Below are positions 38,123 through 43,867 of a DNA stretch of 43,867 nt, piece by piece. Source of the stretch: Burkholderiales bacterium (GTDB lineage: Bacteria > Pseudomonadota > Gammaproteobacteria > Burkholderiales > Usitatibacteraceae); NCBI GenBank assembly GCA_031368465.1, contig JANMNT010000015.1, positions 1 to 43,867 on the forward strand. Reading direction: 5' to 3'. Within the stretch, counting starts at the first letter, position 1. Every line of letters starts with the position of its first letter. The translations under genes and the position numbers were made by a program. Under the pieces are notes generated by a model. It was not told the DNA's origin and did not search any database. It saw only the letters and a program-made list of their open reading frames with translations.

Positions 38123-39538
38123 ATGAACACAATCCGCAAAACCACCCTCGCCTTGCTGGCGCTGACGGCGTCGGCCATATCGACGCTGGCTACGGCACAA
38201 ATAACCTTCTACGAAAACGACGATTTTTCCGGTCGCACCTTTGTGACCACCGGCGAAGTGGCAAATTTCACCCAGTATGGATTCAACGATCGCGCCTCCT
38301 CGGCCGTGGTCCAGCGTGGCCGATGGGAAATTTGCGAAGATGCGCGCTTCGGCGGACGTTGCGCCGTGCTACGACCGGGTCGTTATCCATCGTTGGCGGC
38401 AATGAGTCTCAACAACCGTATCTCATCGACCCGTATGGTGTCGGGCAACACACGCGGCAATGACATTCGCTACGCACCGTCGCCCCCCCCGGCCCAAATT
38501 ACCTTCTACGAAAATGAGGGATTCGGCGGCCGCTCGTTCACGACAAACAGTCAACTCAGCAGCTTTGATCGGCAAAATTTTAATGACCGCGCCTCATCGG
38601 TCATTGTGACACGCGACGTCTGGGAAGCCTGCGAAGATGTCTGGTACGGTGGCCGCTGCGTCACGCTGCGCCCCGGCCGTTATGGTTCACTCAGCGCAAT
38701 GGGACTGAGCGAAAGGATTTCGTCAGTCCGCATCGTCAGCAGTAATGAACGAACCGACGACTATCGCTATCCGCCTGCGTTGCCTGCGTTGCCCGCAGCA
38801 ACACTATCGCAGGTGACTTTCTACGAAAACAACGATTACCAAGGCCGCTCATTCGTCACACGCAATCAAGTTGACAACCTCGAACGTTTTGGCTTCAACG
38901 ATCGCGCCTCCTCGGTTGTGGTCGAAGGCGATTCGCGTGAGGTTTGTGAAGATGCAAACTTCGGTGGCCGCTGCGCGATCTTGCGCCCCGGACGCTACCC
39001 ATCGCTCTCGTCGGCCGGATTGAACGACCGTATCTCGTCGGTTCGCATTGCTAACGCCGGAACCACAACACGGAATGACGACAGACGCTACAACTATCAG
39101 CGCCGTAACGACGAGCGCTTGTATGAAGCGCGTGTCACCTCGGTCCGCGCCGTGGTCGGCACACCCGAGCAGCGTTGCTGGGTCGAACGTGAGCAGGTCG
39201 CCAGCACCCAGAGTCAGGCAAATGTGCCGGGCGCAATTGTCGGCGGCATTCTTGGCGGCATTCTCGGCCATCAGGTCGGCGGTGGCCGCGGCAAGGACCT
39301 CGCCACAGCAGGCGGCGTCATCGCCGGCGCAGTGGTCGGATCAAAAGTTGGCCAAGACGGCAACGGACAAGAGGGCCACGCACAAAATGTCCAACGCTGC
39401 GCGAATATACCCAACCAGAATCGTCCGGAGTATTGGGACGTCACCTACGAATTTCGCAACCAGGAATATCGTATGCAGATGACCACCCCGCCTGGCGCGA
39501 CTGTGACGGTGAACGAGCAGGGTGAACCTCGCGCATAG
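38123..39538 (+). CDS. exported protein with three beta/gamma-crystallin domains, a glycine-zipper (17 kDa antigen-like) segment and a C-terminal domain
   Basis: GGAGAA lies upstream of ATG 38123, followed by a signal peptide. Three 81-aa repeats lie at 38198-38440, 38495-38737 and 38810-39052. Each repeat has Y-x4-[FY]-x-G and N/D-N/D-x-x-S-S motifs (FNDRASS; NNRISS/SERISS/NDRISS). The glycine zipper GAIVGGILGGILGHQVGGGRGKDLATAGGVIAGAVVG lies at about 39230-39350. Confidence 0.85.
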   Translation: MNTIRKTTLALLALTASAISTLATAQITFYENDDFSGRTFVTTGEVANFTQYGFNDRASSAVVQRGRWEICEDARFGGRCAVLRPGRYPSLAAMSLNNRISSTRMVSGNTRGNDIRYAPSPPPAQITFYENEGFGGRSFTTNSQLSSFDRQNFNDRASSVIVTRDVWEACEDVWYGGRCVTLRPGRYGSLSAMGLSERISSVRIVSSNERTDDYRYPPALPALPAATLSQVTFYENNDYQGRSFVTRNQVDNLERFGFNDRASSVVVEGDSREVCEDANFGGRCAILRPGRYPSLSSAGLNDRISSVRIANAGTTTRNDDRRYNYQRRNDERLYEARVTSVRAVVGTPEQRCWVEREQVASTQSQANVPGAIVGGILGGILGHQVGGGRGKDLATAGGVIAGAVVGSKVGQDGNGQEGHAQNVQRCANIPNQNRPEYWDVTYEFRNQEYRMQMTTPPGATVTVNEQGEPRA

Positions 39539-39543
39539 CAGCA

Positions 39544-39569
39544 CTTGGGGCTGAGCAATCAGCCCCAAG
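39544..39569. terminator. hairpin between convergent genes (possible bidirectional terminator)
   Basis: CTTGGGGCTG-agcaat-CAGCCCCAAG is a perfect 10-bp stem lying 6 nt after the crystallin stop. No clear T-run follows on either strand. Confidence 0.45.
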
Positions 39570-39572
39570 CGT

Positions 39573-40235
39573 TCAGAAGGCCACGATTAAGTGGCCGGTC
39601 TTGACCAGTATCGTACAACCTTCAACACTGAACGGTTTGTGCACGCTCATATGCGGGCTGCGGATCCACGTGCCGGCAGGGTAGCGGCCAAATTCGTCCT
39701 CGAAGATGCCGTCGAGTACAAAGATCTCTTCGCCACCGTGGTGGCGATGCGGATTGAAATAGGTACCCGGTGCCCATCGAACAAGTGCGGTATGTTCCGT
39801 CGCAAACTCGGCGAGCGGAAGGACCGTCAACCCCATCACCATGCCTTTCAACCAGCCGGCGTTGCGGGTATCGACCACCACGCGTTCGAGGTCTTCGGGC
39901 TGCATGTGTCGCAGCTTCACAAACAGCGTGCAGCCTTTGGCAGACGATGGCGCATGGGCCGAGCCCGGCGGATTTTTGATGTAGCACCCCGGGCCGTAAC
40001 TGCCCCGTTCATCTTCAAAGGTGCCATCGAGCACGACAATTTCTTCGCCAAGCACGTGTGAATGTTGGCTGAACACCGAGCCCGGTGCGTAGCGGACAAT
40101 CGAGGTCGCACGTGCCACCTCGTCGCCATCGCGTTCGATCAACTTGCGCTGAACACCTGCAACCGGTGAATCAAGCCAGGGGAGGGTGTCATGATGAACA
40201 ACGGCGCGTTGCGACAAGTCGGCATGAATTTGCAT
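39573..40235 (-). CDS. ChrR-like bicupin protein (two cupin modules, no anti-sigma N-terminal domain)
   Basis: Two modules read APGSVFSQHSHVLGEEIVVLDGTFEDERGSYGPG and APGTYFNPHRHHGGEEIFVLDGIFEDEFGRYPAG. ATG 40235 avoids overlap with asmA. The track start 40301 remains possible. Confidence 0.7.
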   Translation of the reverse strand: MQIHADLSQRAVVHHDTLPWLDSPVAGVQRKLIERDGDEVARATSIVRYAPGSVFSQHSHVLGEEIVVLDGTFEDERGSYGPGCYIKNPPGSAHAPSSAKGCTLFVKLRHMQPEDLERVVVDTRNAGWLKGMVMGLTVLPLAEFATEHTALVRWAPGTYFNPHRHHGGEEIFVLDGIFEDEFGRYPAGTWIRSPHMSVHKPFSVEGCTILVKTGHLIVAF

Positions 40236-40260
40236 AGCGTCAATTTTAGCGCCACGGCGA

Positions 40261-42345
40261 TCAACGTCCTGCGGCTGACGTTTGTTTCGTTTCGCCGGCA
40301 ACGGTGCCTGCCTTCAAACCCACGTCCGCGCGCGCCTGACTGACCAGTGCCGCGCATTTGCTGTCTTGATCCTTGCCAAAATCCAGCAGCGGCAGCAACG
40401 CGCCGAGCCCACCGGTGGCCACACCAAGAGCGACCGCCAGGCCACCGCGCGCAAAAACACCCCCCAGTTCCGGCCTGATATTCGGCGATTGGAATGAGCC
40501 CGTCACCGCAATGGGGCCGCGTAACGTGACGAGGCTGAAGCCTTTGGCGCGCGAGACTAATCGCAAGTGCAGCGATTCGTCGATGAAATTGATATCCCCC
40601 TGCCCGACCACATTGACCTTGGTGGTATCGAGCACCAAATCTTTGACGGTGAAAATACCCTTGACCGCTTTGAAGTTTGCGACGGCACAGCGAATCGGGA
40701 TTTGTTTGTCGCCGCCCACCAGCAGCAGCAGTGAATTCGCGATATCAAGATTTGCAAGACGAACGGTGAGCTCGCCCACCGAGCCGCCGTCCATCATCAG
40801 CGCCGCCTCGCCGTCGGCGGTTGCCATCATTTGCGCGACCGAATTACCGCCACCGTGCAATTTCGCGCGGCCGTTGACCGAGCCGGTATCGGCGGCGGCG
40901 AGTGTCGAGCCGGGGAACAATTTGCCCAGCCGCAGCCCGGTTGCAACGATGTCGGCACGGGTGGCAATGCGCGGCTGGCGTCCGTCCATTTCGATTTGCG
41001 ACACAAGGTGACCACCGGCCACCCAGAAATCGAGTGGCGCGAGTTTCAACACACCATTGCTGACCAGCAGATGCACCTGCATTTTTTCGATTGGCAGGTT
41101 GGCAGTGATGATCCTCTCACCACGCAGACGCACATCAACGTCGGCTGCCTGCAGCTTCTCCAGACTAAACGGTTCGGTTGGCAACAGCTTGTTGCTCGGC
41201 GGAGGCACCTCGGCGGTACGCGAGCCGCGATCAGCGCCAATGAAGCCCCCAAGGTCGGCCATCAAGAGCTTTTGTGATGTGAGTGTGGCGGTGAGTTTCT
41301 GCGGTGTCGGCGTACGGTCAACTTCGAGCACGCCGGCAAGATCGCTCTGCCCAACGATCCCTTTAAAGTCCCGGAATTTCCAGACCTGGTTGGTGTGATC
41401 TAAAAAACCAGCAAGCCGATAGGCGGGCGTCGGTGGAAACGGCACACCGACGAGCGGGTAGAGTTGCGCGAGGTCACTACCCTCGATGTTGAAATTCAAC
41501 TGCTCACCCGCCAGCCGCAGCGGATCCAATAGCGCGCCGGCGACGCTTGCTTTGGTGGCACCGATGATCGCCTTGGCACGGATCGGATAAGGGTTTTGTG
41601 GCGTGCGCAGGCTGAGCAGTGCGCCGCCACGCGCTTCAAGCGTCGCCGGCATGCCATTGAACATTCCCTTGCCGGCAATGGTGAGTTGCTCTTCCGGTTT
41701 ATCAAGGCTATTTGTCGATGTTTTCACCGCCAGCGTGAGGTCCGTTTTTTTGCCGGGGTCGCGGTAGATCACACTACCTTCATCGATGCGCAGTGCGCCG
41801 ATATACGGCAATGTCAGCGACGGCGTGCTCGTGTTGAATATCCAGTTCGGCGCACCCGGCGGAACCGTGACGGCGGGGTTTGTTTCAAACACAACACGCG
41901 GCTTGGATAACACGAGCATCGGGATTTCGAGTGTTCCCCGAAAAAGCTTGCCGAGGTCGATGCTCATTTCAACCTGCTTAACGTCGGCCATGTTCGGTTC
42001 GTGGCTCCAACCGGCATTGCCAAATACAACGTCGTTGGCGATCAGGCGCGGCTGCAATGGTGACGGCAACAGCGCAATATCAAGGTCGCCATTAATGGCA
42101 AAAGTTCGTCCGCTGGTCGTACTCACCCAATTTGAAATTGGTCCGCGCAGCCAGTTCCAGCCGAACAGAAAAATGAGCAATGCGACAATGGCGATCAACG
42201 CGATTATGCCAGCCAGCAAGATGCCGACAACCACCAACCAGAGCGGACGCGGTGCTGTCGCCAGCTTGGTCGCAGCATCGGGTTGGGTGGAATTGTTGGG
42301 CGCGCGCGGTTGATCGAGTTCGATGGGTTTCACCTTTTGACGCAT
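40261..42345 (-). CDS. AsmA family outer-membrane biogenesis protein
   Basis: An N-terminal TM anchor (LWLVVVGILLAGIIALIAIVALLIF) is followed by WLRGPISNWVSTTSGRTFAINGDLDI... and a long beta-rich region. The start is either ATG 42345 or GTG 42378. Confidence 0.8.
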   Translation of the reverse strand: MRQKVKPIELDQPRAPNNSTQPDAATKLATAPRPLWLVVVGILLAGIIALIAIVALLIFLFGWNWLRGPISNWVSTTSGRTFAINGDLDIALLPSPLQPRLIANDVVFGNAGWSHEPNMADVKQVEMSIDLGKLFRGTLEIPMLVLSKPRVVFETNPAVTVPPGAPNWIFNTSTPSLTLPYIGALRIDEGSVIYRDPGKKTDLTLAVKTSTNSLDKPEEQLTIAGKGMFNGMPATLEARGGALLSLRTPQNPYPIRAKAIIGATKASVAGALLDPLRLAGEQLNFNIEGSDLAQLYPLVGVPFPPTPAYRLAGFLDHTNQVWKFRDFKGIVGQSDLAGVLEVDRTPTPQKLTATLTSQKLLMADLGGFIGADRGSRTAEVPPPSNKLLPTEPFSLEKLQAADVDVRLRGERIITANLPIEKMQVHLLVSNGVLKLAPLDFWVAGGHLVSQIEMDGRQPRIATRADIVATGLRLGKLFPGSTLAAADTGSVNGRAKLHGGGNSVAQMMATADGEAALMMDGGSVGELTVRLANLDIANSLLLLVGGDKQIPIRCAVANFKAVKGIFTVKDLVLDTTKVNVVGQGDINFIDESLHLRLVSRAKGFSLVTLRGPIAVTGSFQSPNIRPELGGVFARGGLAVALGVATGGLGALLPLLDFGKDQDSKCAALVSQARADVGLKAGTVAGETKQTSAAGR

Positions 42346-42578
42346 TGGCTGGGATTGCGCACGACCGAACGTCAACACTCACGCATCGTCCGCATCCGCA
42401 GTCGGCTGGAGATATTTCTGTGGATGCAGGGCGGCGTGATTGGTGACCGTGGCGCGCATTTTGTTGAACGCTGGCCTGCGCTCATTGACCAATCATGCTC
42501 CGCTTGGGCCGGTCTGTCGGTACGGCCGCGCACCGACGCGCGTGAGCGGCACGTTCTGTCAGCATCACGACGAATGGT

Positions 42579-42645
42579 AAAACACCAAGCAGGACGAGCG
42601 TTTTCAGACTAAAATGTCTGAATATGCCCGTCGATATTAGGGTTT
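42579..42645 (+). repeat. 67-nt intergenic element, copy D
   Basis: Its hairpin is TTCAGAC (42603-42609), loop taaaat, GTCTGAA (42616-22). Relative to copy C it carries a G:C to A:T compensatory change. Confidence 0.8.
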
Positions 42646-42759
42646 GTTGGATGGGCCGACCCTGCCCCTTGTTTTCAATTGCCGCTACCGGCCGGCAACG
42701 ACTGGGCGGCGATTGCAAAACAGCCACTTCATCCCGGCCTGGGTTGGCCGCTCCCGCGC

Positions 42760-43419
42760 CTAGCTGCTAAAGCCATTTTCTTTCGGTTTTTCAAGCAGCC
42801 GGGGCATCTTCAAAAAATGCCAATAACCGCCTTTGACGGGTTCCTGCTCAGCATTCGTGCCTTGAAAATCAATGCGGATGGCCAGCACCAATTCATTTGC
42901 AGCGGTTTTTGCAAAATAATCGGTCTGTATGATTGTCTTGGGCTGTTCAGGAACGATGCCGAGCACCCGCGCCGCCGCTTCGTTCAACGAGTGGTCGGTC
43001 ACCACCACCTGTCGCCAACCTTGCCCCACACAAGGCATCTCTTTTTCAGACTTGGTGGAATAGCTGAGTGACTTTCGGCCGCCTGAGTTGGGAAGTTTAT
43101 CCGCCAGATACAGCACCGTTTCCAGCGGGTTCGGGTCGATCGCAATATACGCATTTGTGCCGACCGACAGGCCGAACAGTTTTGCATAAGCCCAACGGAA
43201 ATGCTGAATGGTCCCGCTGTCTTTGGTCAGCATAGAGCCTGCAGACAAATTGGACAACTGCCAAACCCCCTGCACTGTTGGACAAGCTGTGAATCGCGTG
43301 CTCTCGACTGGACCATATTGATCCGCATAGGCCTGTGCCACCGGGGGTGGTGGCGATTTACTGCACCCGGGAACGGCTATCAGGATGGTGCAAATCGAAA
43401 CAATCACAAATAGCTTCAT
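42760..43419 (-). CDS. hypothetical probable lipoprotein
   Basis: AAGGA lies upstream of ATG 43419. MKLFVIVSICTILIAVPGCSK reads as a signal peptide with a lipobox-like VPGC. Confidence 0.6.
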   Translation of the reverse strand: MKLFVIVSICTILIAVPGCSKSPPPPVAQAYADQYGPVESTRFTACPTVQGVWQLSNLSAGSMLTKDSGTIQHFRWAYAKLFGLSVGTNAYIAIDPNPLETVLYLADKLPNSGGRKSLSYSTKSEKEMPCVGQGWRQVVVTDHSLNEAAARVLGIVPEQPKTIIQTDYFAKTAANELVLAIRIDFQGTNAEQEPVKGGYWHFLKMPRLLEKPKENGFSS

Positions 43420-43772
43420 GCAGGGTGTCCTTGTGTTGGCGAATCGGAGAGCAATGAAAGCCGGCGGCAACAACCAAATTTGGTCGTTCCGCAATCGGCG
43501 CCCAAACGAATTCTACTTTCCGTTGCGGCGAAATGGGCGGGAGACCAATATGTCAGCGGATTCGGCCGAAATCCACCGTCCCGGCAAAAAAACCACAAGG
43601 GTTGCGCGGCGCCGGGGCTCATTCCGCTGCGTGTTTGATTGCGTCGCCCGGAAATGCAGGCGATCGTCAAAAGAACTGCTTTTGCAAATGCCGTATCTTG
43701 CCTGCCGCTCGATACTGCGGGTAAAGTCGATGGCGCGCCAGCTCACGGCTCAATTATTTCCCCGGGGACAAA

Positions 43773-43867
43773 ATGAATATCCAAATTGCGGCAGGTTGTG
43801 CCGCGGCACTTTTGCTGGGCGGAAATGCGCATGCCGCATATAAATGTGTGGCTGACGGAAAGACCAC
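43773..43867 (+). CDS. exported protein, possibly DUF4124-like, 3'-truncated at the window edge
   Basis: GGGGA lies 5 nt upstream of ATG 43773. MNIQIAAGCAALLLGGNAHA reads as a signal peptide. AYKCVADGKT resembles the start of the DUF4124 motif. Confidence 0.45.
   Translation, partial: MNIQIAAGCAAALLLGGNAHAAYKCVADGKT

Noticed and set aside
43655-43720. Sequence ...CTGCTTTTGCAAATGCCGTATCTTGCC...CGATACT.. considered as a sixth copy of the 67-nt repeat.
   Set aside because: Only AAATGCCGT matches. The other blocks are out of register by more than 15 nt. The site is not 3' of a minus-strand gene. A similar weak match at about 24500-24530 (GCCCGTATTGATGATCC) was rejected for the same reasons.

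Overview
This 43.9 kb window is GC-rich, roughly 58-60% by eye. It looks like ordinary chromosome from a proteobacterium, tentatively Burkholderiales-like, based on an orphan Bug/TctC binding protein plus AsmA and DUF4124-like genes. That taxonomic guess is weak. I support about 40 protein-coding genes. I could not recognise any rRNA, tRNA, CRISPR array, transposase, integrase or phage gene. Family calls come from motifs read in the translations and recalled family signatures. No search was run.

Gene content, left to right:
- a 5'-truncated BNR/Asp-box propeller protein
- a fusion of an FAD oxidoreductase with SelD
- a class-I disulfide reductase
- rlmJ
- a GstB-like GST interrupted by an in-frame TGA
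- DUF885
- an RsmH-family methyltransferase translationally coupled to a GMC oxidoreductase
- an M32 carboxypeptidase / M24 peptidase / deoD run
- TauE and DUF1801
- a minus-strand run of serine hydrolase, GNAT, MgtE and serine hydrolase
- a fused betaine-type binding protein/permease with no ATPase gene
- a run of small DUF genes (DUF3820, DUF1653, DUF924) with an esterase
- an acyltransferase-3 gene, a Bug binding protein and rlmF
- at 33.2-39.5 kb, a block of exported proteins of unknown function: two Cys-containing coiled-coil proteins, a small membrane protein, TlpA, an 880-nt gap, and a triple beta/gamma-crystallin fused to a glycine-zipper module
- a ChrR-like bicupin, AsmA, a probable lipoprotein and a DUF4124-like start

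Most noteworthy signals:
1. A 67-nt intergenic element is present in four gaplessly alignable copies plus one decayed copy. All share one orientation, and each lies just 3' of a minus-strand CDS. One compensatory base-pair change falls in its central hairpin.
2. The TGA-interrupted GST lies 2.6 kb from the SelD fusion.
3. The 33-39.5 kb exported-protein block, including the crystallin/glycine-zipper architecture and a C8 tract inside that gene.

I found no clear-cut novel multi-gene system such as a defence or mobile system, and I do not claim one.
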